Of a stretch of 32,000 bases of DNA, positions 1 to 9,188 are shown in pieces. This DNA is from Candidatus Methylomirabilis limnetica. GTDB lineage: Bacteria > Methylomirabilota > Methylomirabilia > Methylomirabilales > Methylomirabilaceae. The stretch lies in the NCBI RefSeq assembly GCF_003044035.1, contig NZ_NVQC01000028.1, positions 1-32,000 of the forward strand, written 5' to 3'. A program made the translations under genes and the position numbers. Within the stretch, counting starts at the first letter, position 1; each line of letters opens with the position of its first letter. The notes under the pieces are model-generated. The model ran no database searches. It was not told the DNA's origin and was given only the letters and a program-made list of their open reading frames with translations.

Positions 1-502
1 TACGGGTTATCCAACGCCGTGCGTATGGGCTGCGGGATGAAGAATATCTGAGGCTGAAAATACTCACGTCCATGCTCCCGGCACTCTGAAAAACATGAAA
101 TTCACCCACTCGATTACGCGAAGAGCCTTTTTTATAGGTCCTCATTCAGGTGACGATAGGAATCATGAGAGGGGTCTCCGCTCACTCTCCCTGTGCCCAG
201 TTAACACAACAGCCATTATGAGACCTCGATGCCGCCCCCACCGGACGATAGCCGCCCGGGCTGGCCCGCGGGGGCACAGATGTAATGGAGATTACAACCA
301 CTGACCTGCACTAGCGTCGGAATGCTTGGCTGGTTTCAATCGGAATGGATGGCAGACATGATCGGAATGTGTACCTCCGCCGTGGCGCGGGCAAGTCAAT
401 ATGGATAGTAGAATTAACACAACTCCGACACAATTTCTCACTGCCGCGCCTGAGTTGGACCACATCGGAAACTATAGCTTGGCGATGTTAGAGAGGAGGT
501 AA

Positions 503-578
<76 letters not shown>

Positions 579-811
579 AAAATCGGAAAGGGGATGAGCC
601 GTTCACGGAAAGACCCTTCTTTCTAGCACCGCGAAGCTCTTTTGTCAAGGAGTGCAGTTCCTTAGAAAATCCCCCCCGCCTGTATCCTCCCCCTCCGAGG
701 GGGGAGGAGTCCGCGTAAGGTGAGGATGGGGGGGTGAAGATGCCTTTTCGTGCGCCGTGGTCCGGCGTAATTTCATGGGGTATTGCTGGTACACGGACTT
801 ATGCAAAAGCA

Positions 812-1699
812 TCACAGGCCCAGGTCCGTCGCTTGCGGCGTTGGGCCGGAGTAGTCGTAGAAACCACGGCCCGACTTCCGCCCATGATAGCCGGCGATAA
901 CCATTTTCTTCAGAAGTGGTGGTGGCGCATACCGCTGTTCCCAATACTCCTCGAACATGATGTTAGCGATGGCGTAGGTCGTATCAAGGCCAACAAAATC
1001 AGCCAGCTCCAAAGGACCCATCGGATGGTTGCAGCCGAGCCTCATCGCCTTGTCGATATCTGCCGTAGACGCGACACCCGCCTCTAACGCTCGAATAGCA
1101 TCCAACAGGTACGGCACCAGCAGGCGGTTCACGATGAAACCGCAGTTATCTTTTGCCGCAACCGGTTCCTTGCCGAGTGACGTGGCAAAATCGGAGACGA
1201 TCTGAAAGGTCTCTGCGCTGGTGCGAATGCTCCGGACCACCTCCACCAGCTTCATCAGCGGAACGGGATTGAAAAAATGCAGGCCGACGAATCGGTCGGT
1301 CCGCCCAGTTACAGAGGCCAGCGCCATGATGCCGATGCATGAGGTGTTGCTGGCAAAGATGGTGCTCGGCGGACAGAGGCGATCCAGTGCCCGGAATAGA
1401 TCCTGCTTCAGCGGCAGATCCTCGGTGATCGCCTCGATGATCAGGTCGGCCCCGCTCAGCTCTTCCAGGGCGAGTGTCCACCTGATCCGCTCAAGGAGCG
1501 CGGCCTGTTCCTCGACGGTCATCCGTCCCTTTTCAACCGCCCGTTGCAGCCTGCCGTCGATCGCCTGCCTTCCCTTGTCCAAAAAGCGCTGCTCCGCCTC
1601 CCTGACAATGACGGCGTAGCCTCCCTGCGCAACGACCTGCGCGATGCCAGACCCCATGATACCGGCACCGATAACTCCAACGGTCTTAATGCTCGTCAT
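812..1699 (-). CDS. hbd: 3-hydroxybutyryl-CoA / 3-hydroxyacyl-CoA dehydrogenase (NAD-binding)
   Basis: N-terminal Rossmann motif VGVIGAGIMGSGIAQV, with HFFNPVP and C-terminal dimerisation-domain motifs typical of the Hbd/FadB family. The ORF extends to 1711, but the ATG at 1699 follows a GGGAG RBS and gives the usual short N-terminus. Confidence 0.88.
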   Translation of the reverse strand: MTSIKTVGVIGAGIMGSGIAQVVAQGGYAVIVREAEQRFLDKGRQAIDGRLQRAVEKGRMTVEEQAALLERIRWTLALEELSGADLIIEAITEDLPLKQDLFRALDRLCPPSTIFASNTSCIGIMALASVTGRTDRFVGLHFFNPVPLMKLVEVVRSIRTSAETFQIVSDFATSLGKEPVAAKDNCGFIVNRLLVPYLLDAIRALEAGVASTADIDKAMRLGCNHPMGPLELADFVGLDTTYAIANIMFEEYWEQRYAPPPLLKKMVIAGYHGRKSGRGFYDYSGPTPQATDLGL

Positions 1700-1714
1700 A
1701 GACGCTCCCATCGC

Positions 1715-3055
1715 TTACGACGGCGTTCCCGCTTTCCGGCGACGCCACTCGGCAAGTCTTCGGCCGATCTCGGCTTCGAGCCCGCGGTCAGTAGGCCGGT
1801 AGTAGATCCGGCCTTTCAACTGTTCAGGCAGGTAGTCCTGAAGCGCGATGGCCTGCGGGAGATCATGGGGATACTGGTAACCGGCGCCGTACCCCTGTTC
1901 CTTCATCAGGGAAGTTGGGGCATTCCGCAGGTGTAATGGCACCCCTTCGAGCGGCGCTTGCTCTACATCGCCTTGCGCCTTACCGAAGGCCACATAGATG
2001 GCATTCGATTTGGGCGCGGTGGCGAGGTACACCACGGCCTGGGCCAGTGCCAGATCACCTTCGGGTGAACCGAGGAAATGATAGGCGTCCTTGGCCGCCA
2101 GCGCTACGTGTAAGGCCTGTGGATCGGCATTGCCGACATCTTCCGACGCGAATCGGACCAGGCGTCTGGTAATGTACATCGGCTCTTCGCCCGATGCCAG
2201 CATGCGGGCAAACCAATAGAGGGAGGCATCAGGATCGCTGCCCCGCAGGCTCTTGTGCAGGGCGGAGATCAGGTTGTAATGCTCTTCCCCGGCCTTGTCG
2301 TAGCGCAGCACCCGCCTTCCTGACGCTTCCTGGGCCATCTTCAAGGTCAATCGCTTGCTCCCATCGGGCTGCTCATCTACCATCTGCGCCGCCAGCTCCA
2401 AGGTGTTCAGCGATACGCGGGCGTCCCCCGAGCCGAGCCCCGCGATGAAGCGTAGCGCCTCGTCATCGGCCTCGATGTGAAGGTGACCGAGCCCCCGCTC
2501 CTGATCGCCGAGTGCGTGCCGGAGGATGACCATCAACGCTTCCTCCGCCAGCGGGTGAAGTGTCACGACCTTCGCACGGGACAGGAGGGCAGCAATAACC
2601 TCGAACGATGGATTCTCGGTGGTGGCTCCGATCAGTACGATCGTTCCCCCCTCCACGTGGGGGAGGAAGGCATCCTGCTGGGCTTTGTTGAAACGATGAA
2701 TCTCATCGATGAATAGGAGCGTCCGCCTGCCATAGGCGCGCTCTTGCTGGGCGCGAGCGATCACCTCTTTGATCTCCTTGATCCCGGAGGTGACGGCCGA
2801 GAACGGACAGAAGGTCGCCTTGCACCGATCCGCTAGTAGAAAAGCGAGGGTCGTCTTGCCTGAACCGGGCGGGCCCCACAGGATCAGCGACGGCAGTTCT
2901 CCCGCCTCCATGGCCCTCCGGAGGAACTTCCCTTCTCCGAGTAGGTGCTCCTGCCCGACGAACTCCTGGAGCGTCCTCGGGCGCATCCGGTCCGCAAGCG
3001 GCGCTGGAACCTTTTGGGATGGGGTGGGCAATCGTTCAAAAAGATCCGGTGTCAT
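1715..3055 (-). CDS. rarA: replication-associated recombination protein A (AAA+ ATPase, MgsA/RarA family)
   Basis: 446 aa. Walker [10 protein letters not shown], Walker [11 protein letters not shown], and C-terminal MgsA motifs ([29 protein letters not shown]). Confidence 0.92.
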   Translation of the reverse strand: MTPDLFERLPTPSQKVPAPLADRMRPRTLQEFVGQEHLLGEGKFLRRAMEAGELPSLILWGPPGSGKTTLAFLLADRCKATFCPFSAVTSGIKEIKEVIARAQQERAYGRRTLLFIDEIHRFNKAQQDAFLPHVEGGTIVLIGATTENPSFEVIAALLSRAKVVTLHPLAEEALMVILRHALGDQERGLGHLHIEADDEALRFIAGLGSGDARVSLNTLELAAQMVDEQPDGSKRLTLKMAQEASGRRVLRYDKAGEEHYNLISALHKSLRGSDPDASLYWFARMLASGEEPMYITRRLVRFASEDVGNADPQALHVALAAKDAYHFLGSPEGDLALAQAVVYLATAPKSNAIYVAFGKAQGDVEQAPLEGVPLHLRNAPTSLMKEQGYGAGYQYPHDLPQAIALQDYLPEQLKGRIYYRPTDRGLEAEIGRRLAEWRRRKAGTPS

Positions 3056-3764
3056 CTTCCGCTACCGCCTTGAGCTCATCCAAAATCCGGCGAGTCGCCT
3101 TTGCCGGATCGGTTGCTGCCGTGATCGGCCGGCCGATCACCAGGTAGTCCGCGCCTGCGACGGTCGCATCGTGAGGCGTCATAACCCGGCGTTGGTCATC
3201 GGCTGCAGCCCATGCCGGACGGATGCCTGGGATGACGAGGCACAACGACGGTCCCAACGTGGCCCGCAGCAAGCCGATTTCGTGAGGTGAAGCCACAACG
3301 CCATCCAACCCGGCCTCCTGCGCGAGCGAGGCAAGACGAACGACCTGCGCCGTAAGATCGAGCTTGCTGCCGACAACCTCTTCAAGGCCTCGCGAGTCCA
3401 GGCTGGTGAGCACTGTCACCGCCAACAGCCGCATGGGAGAGCCGCTTGCAGCGACGGCTGCCGTTGCCGCCTGCAGCATCGACCGTCCGCCGGAGGCGTG
3501 GAGCGTACACATCGCCGCCCCGAGCCTTGCGGCCTCGCGGACCGCTCCGGCCACGGTGTTCGGGATGTCGTGCAGCTTCAGATCCAGAAAGACCGCTCCG
3601 CCCCGCTGCCTTACCACCTCTACCGCCAGAGGACCCTCAGCCGTAAAGAGTTGGAGGCCCACCTTGAAGAGTGTCACCGTCGGATACAGTTGCTCAACCA
3701 GCGCAGAGGCTGAAGCCAGGTCTCCCACATCCAGGGCCACGATCAGTTCGGGTGTCTTATGCAT
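3036..3764 (-). CDS. pyrF: orotidine 5'-phosphate decarboxylase
   Basis: 242 aa with the LIVALDV...LFKVG...FLDLKLHDIPNTV catalytic signature. Its 3' end overlaps the rarA start by 20 nt. Confidence 0.92.
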   Translation of the reverse strand: MHKTPELIVALDVGDLASASALVEQLYPTVTLFKVGLQLFTAEGPLAVEVVRQRGGAVFLDLKLHDIPNTVAGAVREAARLGAAMCTLHASGGRSMLQAATAAVAASGSPMRLLAVTVLTSLDSRGLEEVVGSKLDLTAQVVRLASLAQEAGLDGVVASPHEIGLLRATLGPSLCLVIPGIRPAWAAADDQRRVMTPHDATVAGADYLVIGRPITAATDPAKATRRILDELKAVAEDDTGSF

Positions 3765-3773
3765 ACCATCGCT

Positions 3774-3858
3774 TTACTGCTTAGGGGTTTAGGCTGAAGG
3801 CTGAAGGCTGAAGTATTCTGACAGCCATCCACCTTCAGCCTTCAGCCTATCTACCTAA
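3774..3858. repeat. oligomer-tandem hairpin element (GGCTGAAG repeats and their complement)
   Basis: aggctgaaggctgaaggctgaag (3791-3813) pairs with ccttcagccttcagcct (3832-3848). The flanks ttactgcttagg and cctatctacctaa match arms of the same family elsewhere in the window. It lies between the MBL stop and the pyrF start. Confidence 0.8.
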
Positions 3859-3869
3859 ACGCTGCTCCT

Positions 3870-4622
3870 TTACACATCCAGGCGCATCAGGTCTTCCGCC
3901 AGGATCACCTCACCGTCAAAGACCTTCTTGCAGGGGGTGACGAGATCGTACGCCTCGCAGGTCGGGTAAAAGTGCGTCAGAACCAGTCGGCGGCAGCCGG
4001 ACAGGGCCGCGATCTGGCCAGCCTCCGTCGGGGTCAGATGGCCCTTCATCGGCTGTTCATCAGGGGCAGAGCACTCCAGGACAAGCAGGTCCGCCCCCTT
4101 GGCCGCCTCGATCATCGCGTCACAATAGGTCGTATCGCCGGAGAAGACCAGGCTCTTGCCATCGGCCGACTCGATCCGGTAGCAGAGGCTATGCTGAAGG
4201 TGCACCACCTCACGAGGAATCACCCGGAACCCTACGCCTTCCGTAACCTCCTGGAGCGTCTCAGTGAGTACCAACTCGTACGTCTTTGCAGCGATCCAGT
4301 CGCCGTACAGATGGATCAGGCCTTCGTAAAAGGCCAGAAATCCCTTTGGGCCTGTGAGGTGCAGCGGCTTAGTCCGTCGCCAGATCGGATTCCTGAGGGC
4401 GAACAGGAGCGGGACCAGATCACCGGTGTGATCCGGATGAAGATGGGTGTAGAAGACTCGGTCCAGTTCAGTGACCGAAATCTCCGCCTTGAGGAGTCTC
4501 GGCAGCGTGCCCGATCCGCCGTCGAACAGAAGCGAGGAACCAGCCACCTCGACCAAAAGGCCGGGTGATCCCCGTATGAGGCTTGGAATGGCGGTCCCGG
4601 AGCCAAGGATCGTGAGCTGCAT
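3870..4622 (-). CDS. MBL-fold metallo-hydrolase (RNase Z / beta-lactamase superfamily)
   Basis: 250 aa with the HLHPDHTGD (HxHxDH) zinc motif and the later D and H ligands (SGDT, LTHF). Confidence 0.85.
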   Translation of the reverse strand: MQLTILGSGTAIPSLIRGSPGLLVEVAGSSLLFDGGSGTLPRLLKAEISVTELDRVFYTHLHPDHTGDLVPLLFALRNPIWRRTKPLHLTGPKGFLAFYEGLIHLYGDWIAAKTYELVLTETLQEVTEGVGFRVIPREVVHLQHSLCYRIESADGKSLVFSGDTTYCDAMIEAAKGADLLVLECSAPDEQPMKGHLTPTEAGQIAALSGCRRLVLTHFYPTCEAYDLVTPCKKVFDGEVILAEDLMRLDV

Positions 4623-4931
4623 GGCGTCACGATACCATGAAGCCTGGGCATTGACAAGGGAGGGCAGGATGGAGAGAAGGGTTAGGTGAACAGGGCGTGG
4701 AGGCGTATAGAATGGGGCTTAGGCCCTTCGCGCACCTGGCGCTCCCATCTGGCGATTACGAGCGAGGCTTGCGAGAGCTGACGGTAGCCAGCGAGACTGG
4801 TACCGTAGCCCTACCGCAAGGAGACGACACGCTAAACCTTACCAGTCACCGGGCCGGAGGAGAATACTGAATCGCCCTAGTTTAACCCTACCCACCTACT
4901 GACCATGCTGAGAGGGGTATTCACGCGATTA

Positions 4932-5327
4932 TTACTTACTACCCCCTTTGCTCAGGGTTGTAAGCTGCTCCTGGGTGAGGGCCTGCCGTATCGTCTTATG
5001 AAATTTGATCTGTGACAGAAGCACCTCTTTATCGGCTGCTCCAAGTTGGTTGACCACCTGGTCAATATCCTTGTCCGACGCCTTCTTGTCAAAGATCAAG
5101 CTCACCAGCTTCTTTCGAAGATCCAACATCTTCTGCTCACTCGCGCCCAGCGCTGCCATCCGATCCTTCTTGGCCGCCTCAAGCTTAGTATGCTGATCGG
5201 CCGAAAGCCCTAGATTTTGGAAAGGGTCTGACTCCTTGGGCTGCTCCTTTTGAGCCGAAGCCATGCCCCCTCCGATCAGCATCGTTGTCGTCAGCAGTCC
5301 AATCCCCAATCTTTTCCACGTACTCAT
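4932..5327 (-). CDS. periplasmic Spy/CpxP-family (LTxxQ motif) protein
   Basis: 131 aa with an N-terminal signal peptide (LLTTTMLIGGGMASA). The protein is helical and K/E/Q-rich, with LSADQ and LTQEQ motifs. Confidence 0.6.
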   Translation of the reverse strand: MSTWKRLGIGLLTTTMLIGGGMASAQKEQPKESDPFQNLGLSADQHTKLEAAKKDRMAALGASEQKMLDLRKKLVSLIFDKKASDKDIDQVVNQLGAADKEVLLSQIKFHKTIRQALTQEQLTTLSKGGSK

Positions 5328-5350
5328 ACGGTTCTCCCCTTTCCGTTAGG

Positions 5351-5381
5351 CCTGTCCCCGTATGCTTAAAGCGGGGACAGG
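5351..5381 (-). terminator. hairpin downstream of glgA (possible terminator or attenuator)
   Basis: A 10-bp stem, cctgtccccg/cggggacagg, with an 11-nt loop. There is no clear U-tract, so the function is uncertain. Confidence 0.3.
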
Positions 5382-5423
5382 ATAACCCATCGCCAAACAA
5401 CAACAAAGCGCAGTGCACTACTA

Positions 5424-6887
5424 CTACTGTTCACCTTTCTTCTCGGCAGCGCGCCGATAGAGCCGCTCATATTCTCGGGCAGAGCGATCCCAGGTGAAGT
5501 CAGCGGTCATGGCATTCGTGATCAGCCGAGGCCACAGGGCTTTCTCAGGATACAAGGCCAAAGCCTGCCCGATGGCCTGCAGAAAAGCAGTCGTGGTCGA
5601 TTTCTCAAACCTGAATCCGTTCCCCTCCCCCGTCACGGGATCGAACTGGACAATGGTGTCGTCCAGCCCACCTGTGGCGCAGACAACCGGAATCGTTCCG
5701 TAGGCCAAACTGTACATCTGATTCAGACCGCACGGTTCATACCGCGATGGCATCAGGAAGATATCGGCGCCGGCTTCAATCTGATGCGACAACGGGATGT
5801 CGAAGCCGATCTGGACGGCCAGCTTGGCCGGATACTTGGCCGCTGCCTCACGAAAGGCCACTTCGAGTTCCTTCTCACCGCTCCCTAGCAGGACGAGTTG
5901 CAGGTTCATCGCCATCAGCGGCTCCAGGATGTCGCGCAGCAGGTCGAGCCCCTTCTGCCCAGCCAGCCTGGAGATCACGGCTAACAGCGGCACAGTGGCC
6001 TTGACCGAGAGCTTAAATCGTTGCTGGAGATCCGCCTTACATCGGGCCTTTCCGGCAAGGTCATCGACCGTGTAGTGAGCAGCGATGTGAGGATCGCTGG
6101 CCGGGTTCCATTCCTCGGGATCGATCCCATTTAATACTCCGAAGAGATCGCTCTTCCGCTCTCTGAGGATGCCGTCCAGACCGAACCCACGCTCTGCGGT
6201 CTGGATCTCCTGGCTATAGCGACGGCTTACGGTGGTGAGCAGGTCGGCGAAGAGCAACCCGCCTTTCAGCAGATTGCCCTTCCCATAAAACTCGAGGCCC
6301 GCCGGCGTGAATAGCTCCAGCGGCAACAGCAACCTCGGCAGCACCTCCGGCGGGAAGAGACCCTGGTAACCCATGTTGTGGATAGTAAAGACGGTCGCGG
6401 TCTGCTGGAAAAAGGGGTCAGTTTGGAGGGTGGTCTTCAGGTAAACAGGGAGCAACGCCGTCTGCCAATCGTGGGCGTGCAGAACCTCCGGCTGGAAAGA
6501 GACCGCTCGGCATACCTCCAAGACCGCCCGGCAGAACAGGGCAAACCGCTCCGCATTGTCCGGGTAATCCTCTGCAGATGGGCTCTGATAGAGGCCAGTA
6601 CGGTTGAACGAGGGATCGTGGCGAACAAAGTAGACCCGCATCCCGTTTGAGAGGCGCCCCTCAAGCAGATCCACTGCTTGCGGGCCAGAAGTCGCCGGAA
6701 CCTCGATCCCTTTTGTAACGACATCGAGTCGGTGCCGCTCTACCTCTACGGAGCGGTAGAGCGGCATGATGAGCCGGACATCGTGCCCAAGCCGACTGAG
6801 CGCCTTTGGCAGCGCGCCAGCCACATCGCCGAGCCCCCCGGTGTGGGCAAACGGCACGGCCTCAGAAGCCGCAAAAAGAATTTTCAC
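5424..6887 (-). CDS. glgA: glycogen synthase (ADP-glucose type)
   Basis: 487 aa. N-terminus MKILFAASEAVPFAHTGGLGDVAGALPKAL, and a C-terminal GT5/GT1 region (FLMPSRYEPCGLNQMYSLAYGTIPV). Confidence 0.93.
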   Translation of the reverse strand: MKILFAASEAVPFAHTGGLGDVAGALPKALSRLGHDVRLIMPLYRSVEVERHRLDVVTKGIEVPATSGPQAVDLLEGRLSNGMRVYFVRHDPSFNRTGLYQSPSAEDYPDNAERFALFCRAVLEVCRAVSFQPEVLHAHDWQTALLPVYLKTTLQTDPFFQQTATVFTIHNMGYQGLFPPEVLPRLLLPLELFTPAGLEFYGKGNLLKGGLLFADLLTTVSRRYSQEIQTAERGFGLDGILRERKSDLFGVLNGIDPEEWNPASDPHIAAHYTVDDLAGKARCKADLQQRFKLSVKATVPLLAVISRLAGQKGLDLLRDILEPLMAMNLQLVLLGSGEKELEVAFREAAAKYPAKLAVQIGFDIPLSHQIEAGADIFLMPSRYEPCGLNQMYSLAYGTIPVVCATGGLDDTIVQFDPVTGEGNGFRFEKSTTTAFLQAIGQALALYPEKALWPRLITNAMTADFTWDRSAREYERLYRRAAEKKGEQ

Positions 6888-6929
6888 CTGGGCAATCCTG
6901 CCCTCTGTACGGCATGTGATAATGAGAAG

Positions 6930-7006
<77 letters not shown>

Positions 7007-7113
7007 GCAAAAAGATGGTGATTAGTGGAGAGCGACGAGTGTCTGAGAAAGGCATCCCATGAAAGCGAATCGCCAAGAACCAATCGCCACAATTTCAGCT
7101 CCGCTAAACTTGG

Positions 7114-7188
7114 TGGTGGGCGAAGAAGGTGTCGAACCTCCGACCCCCTGCTTGTAAGGCAGGTGCTCTCCCGCTGAGCTATTCGCCC
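7114..7188 (-). tRNA. tRNA-Val (anticodon TAC)
   Basis: The reverse complement reads GGGCGAA-TA-GCTCAGCGGGAGAGC-A-CCTGC-CTTACAA-GCAGG-GGGTC-GGAGGTTCGACACCTTC-TTCGCCC-A-CCA. Confidence 0.95.
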
Positions 7189-7235
7189 GGCTGCAACGCC
7201 ACTCGCGACAGGATTCGCGGAAGAAACCGTTGCTC

Positions 7236-7263
7236 AGTATAGCTCATAGAGATTGAGTGTCAA
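7236..7263 (-). promoter_or_regulatory. sigma70-like promoter for the tRNA-Val/tRNA-Asp unit
   Basis: The minus strand reads TTGACA, a 16-nt spacer, then TATACT, about 40 nt upstream of tRNA-Val. Confidence 0.55.
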
Positions 7264-7486
7264 GCCGAAACGCTGTCCAAAGCGGGACAAGATCTTCCAG
7301 GCTCCTCCTCGTAAGTGCATCGAAGAGAGGATGAACCATCTGAAGGACCTTCTGGAACGAAGGCCGGAGCGGTCGGCACTCCTACCGATGGGGCTGCCAG
7401 GGCAAATCCGACTGGAGCCAACCCGATGGGACATCGGCCGGTACGCTAACTCGCGCAGACCGCCATCGACATCCTGGCACTTATGG

Positions 7487-7522
7487 AACCGCCCTCCAGG
7501 TTGGGGAGCCCGGAGGGCGGTT
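7487..7522 (-). terminator. hairpin just downstream of ssrA
   Basis: An 11-bp stem, aaccgccctcc/ggagggcggtt, starts 15 nt after the tmRNA 3' CCA. The U-tract is weak. Confidence 0.5.
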
Positions 7523-7536
7523 CAACTGCATTGCGT

Positions 7537-7887
7537 TGGTGGAGGCGGCGGGAGTCGAACCCGCGTCCGAGAACATGTCGGAAAGAACATCTACGTGCGT
7601 AGCCCGTGTATGAATATTCGCCTCTCTTGGCCCCCACAGGCAGGGTCCCGGAGCGGCTAGCTCATGTGGATCTTACCCGCCTCCCCAGAGCACGAGAGGC
7701 AAGCCAGCCCGTCTAGTCGGCGCCCAGATCCCACCCGACGAGCGAGGTGGGGTGAACGTGGCCACTCTTAGGCGGCCAGTGCCAATTCGTGGTTGGCAGT
7801 TGCTTGTTTTCCCACCTTTTAACGAGGCGATGGGGCCTCGGCACGCAGCCCTTACTCCCTTATCCCCGTCGAAACCGGAGCGCCCCC
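7537..7887 (-). ncRNA. ssrA: tmRNA (SsrA)
   Basis: The 5' end is GGGGGCGCTCCGGTTTCGACGGGGATAAGGG and the 3' end is GGACGCGGGTTCGACTCCCGCCGCCTCCACCA. The acceptor stem has the G3-U pair. The tag frame GCC AAC CAC GAA TTG GCA CTG GCC GCC TAA (7768-7797) encodes ANHELALAA. The gene is adjacent to smpB. Confidence 0.95.
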
Positions 7888-7943
7888 GCAATAATAAAGC
7901 TAACGCTACGTCCAGTTGGGCCTGGAGGTAAAAGACTACTTTT

Positions 7944-7972
7944 ATTCTATGCCGCCTGACTGAAAAAGTCAA
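7944..7972 (-). promoter_or_regulatory. sigma70-like promoter for ssrA
   Basis: The minus strand reads TTGACT, a 17-nt spacer, then TAGAAT, about 55-60 nt upstream of the mature tmRNA 5' end. This implies a processed precursor. Confidence 0.55.
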
Positions 7973-7975
7973 CAG

Positions 7976-8455
7976 CTACCGCCGATCCCGATCCGCACGG
8001 CCGCGAGTGAGCTGGTCCATCTCTTTCGTCATCGCGCGCTGCTTCAGGGTTTCCCGCTTATCGTACAGCTTTTTCCCACGGGCCAGCGCCAGTTCCAGCT
8101 TGATCTTCCGTCGAGTCAGATAGAAACTCAGCGGGATCAAGGTGAGACCCTTTTCTTGGACCTTCCCCACAAACCTGGCGATCTCTATCCTGTTCAGCAG
8201 TAGTTTCCGCTTACGGTTCGGGTCCGGGTTAAATCGATTTCCTGCGGTGTAAGGGCTGATGTGACAGTTAAACAGATACGCCTCCTGCCCATCAATGGCG
8301 GCATAACTATCTTTCAGGTCAGCCTTGCCATCCCGCAACGACTTCACCTCGGTTCCGGTAAGAACTATACCGGCCTCGATGACCTCCTCGATCTGGTACT
8401 CATACCTCGCCCGCCGGTTGGAGCAGAGGATTCTTCTTTCCTGTGTCGATGTCAT
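7976..8455 (-). CDS. smpB: SsrA-binding protein SmpB
   Basis: Contains NRRARYEYQIEEVIEAGIVLTGTEVKSLRDGKADLKDSYA and a basic C-terminal tail. The ORF extends to a GTG at 8482, but the ATG at 8455 matches the usual SmpB N-terminus. Confidence 0.92.
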   Translation of the reverse strand: MTSTQERRILCSNRRARYEYQIEEVIEAGIVLTGTEVKSLRDGKADLKDSYAAIDGQEAYLFNCHISPYTAGNRFNPDPNRKRKLLLNRIEIARFVGKVQEKGLTLIPLSFYLTRRKIKLELALARGKKLYDKRETLKQRAMTKEMDQLTRGRADRDRR

Positions 8456-8507
8456 TTTATGGACTATAGCGTAGCCCAACACTGTGCGGCAAGTGGAATT
8501 CCAGGTC

Positions 8508-8670
8508 CAACTACTTAGGTGTTTAGGCTGAAGGCTGTTAGTCGTTGCGCATGGACCGAATCAAGACAGCCACTTCGTCGGCCAGTTCAAACGCTCCGAG
8601 CTTGGTATGATCTCGCATGGCGCGTTCCTACAGTCTAAAAGCCTACAGTCTATCTACCTGAGTAGTTACC
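8508..8670. repeat. complete hairpin element of the GGCTGAAG/CTTCAGCC family with a coding remnant in its loop
   Basis: The left arm caactacttaggtgtttaggctgaaggctgttag and the right arm cctacagtctaaaagcctacagtctatctacctgagtagttacc are imperfect inverted complements, about 27 of 37 positions by eye. Confidence 0.75.
8538..8618 (-). pseudogene. truncated four-helix-bundle protein (23S rRNA intervening-sequence protein family) fragment
   Basis: A 26-codon ORF, MRDHTKLGAFELADEVAVLIRSMRND*, resembles the N-terminus of four-helix-bundle (TIGR02436-type) proteins as recalled. Full-length members are about 120 aa. Confidence 0.45.
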
Positions 8671-8699
8671 TACGTTTAATTACTAAGGTCTTTTTTCCC

Positions 8700-8729
8700 T
8701 TGACAGATCATGGGGGAGTTTGGTAAGAG
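8700..8729 (+). promoter_or_regulatory. candidate promoter of the HU gene
   Basis: TTGACA (8700-8705), an 18-nt spacer, then TAAGAG. The -10 element is weak. Confidence 0.35.
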
Positions 8730-8802
8730 CTTTCTAGGCGAGTCGGCAAGGACCGATGGTGATCTACTTATTATTAGTGCATTCATTGAGAAAGGGGGGG
8801 GC

Positions 8803-9084
8803 ATGACCAAAGCGGAACTAGTGGATAAGATTGCCAAGGATGCGTGCATCACGAAAAAGGCGGCAGAACAAGCCCTGGCCAGTGTCGAGTCAGGGGTGCA
8901 GGACTCTCTCAAGAAAGGGAAGAAGGTCACCCTGGTCGGCTTTGGGACGTTCTCGGTGGCTAAGCGAGCGGCCCGGAACGGGCGCAATCCCCAGACCGGT
9001 GCTGTCATCAAGATCAAGGCGTGTAAGGTCGTACGCTTCAGGCCGGGAAAGACCTTGAAAACTGTCGTCAACTCTGGCAGGTAA
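8803..9084 (+). CDS. hup: DNA-binding protein HU
   Basis: 93 aa starting [14 protein letters not shown], with [41 protein letters not shown]. The ATG at 8803 follows an AAAGGGGGG RBS. The upstream part of the 8710 ORF is not HU-like. Confidence 0.92.
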   Translation: MTKAELVDKIAKDACITKKAAEQALASVESGVQDSLKKGKKVTLVGFGTFSVAKRAARNGRNPQTGAVIKIKACKVVRFRPGKTLKTVVNSGR

Positions 9085-9141
9085 GTGGGGTTTGCTGGTG
9101 CCCTGATCTGTCGACTATAGCATGCGACGTCATAGCAGACG

Positions 9142-9180
9142 ACGAAGAGGAGAGACCGTGTCTCTCCTCTTCGTATTTAT
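9142..9180 (+). terminator. rho-independent terminator of hup
   Basis: A perfect 14-15 bp stem, acgaagaggagaga(c)/(g)tctctcctcttcgt, with a 3-nt loop, followed by ATTTAT. Confidence 0.8.
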
Positions 9181-9188
9181 GAACGCTT

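Noticed and set aside
1-51. Possible 3' end of a plus-strand gene entering the window (...YGLSNAVRMGCGMKNI*).
   Set aside because: Only 16 codons are visible and no family is recognisable. It cannot be supported.
685-708. A C/G-rich hairpin (tcctccccctc/gaggggggagga) between hbd and tRNA-Phe, as a possible terminator.
   Set aside because: It has no U-tract on either strand and the loop is very small. It could be a terminator-like structure, but the support is too weak to list it as a feature.
4690-4900. Possible SRP RNA, 6S RNA or RNase P RNA.
   Set aside because: The SRP GGAA/AGCA apical motif, the RNase P GGAAAGUCCGGGC core and a long closing helix typical of 6S could not be found by eye. 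The region is retained only as an unassigned structured region.
7253-7972. ORFs 7253-7660 plus strand, 7446-7637 minus strand and 7673-7972 minus strand.
   Set aside because: They overlap the tmRNA gene and its flanks. The tmRNA structure and tag explain this region.
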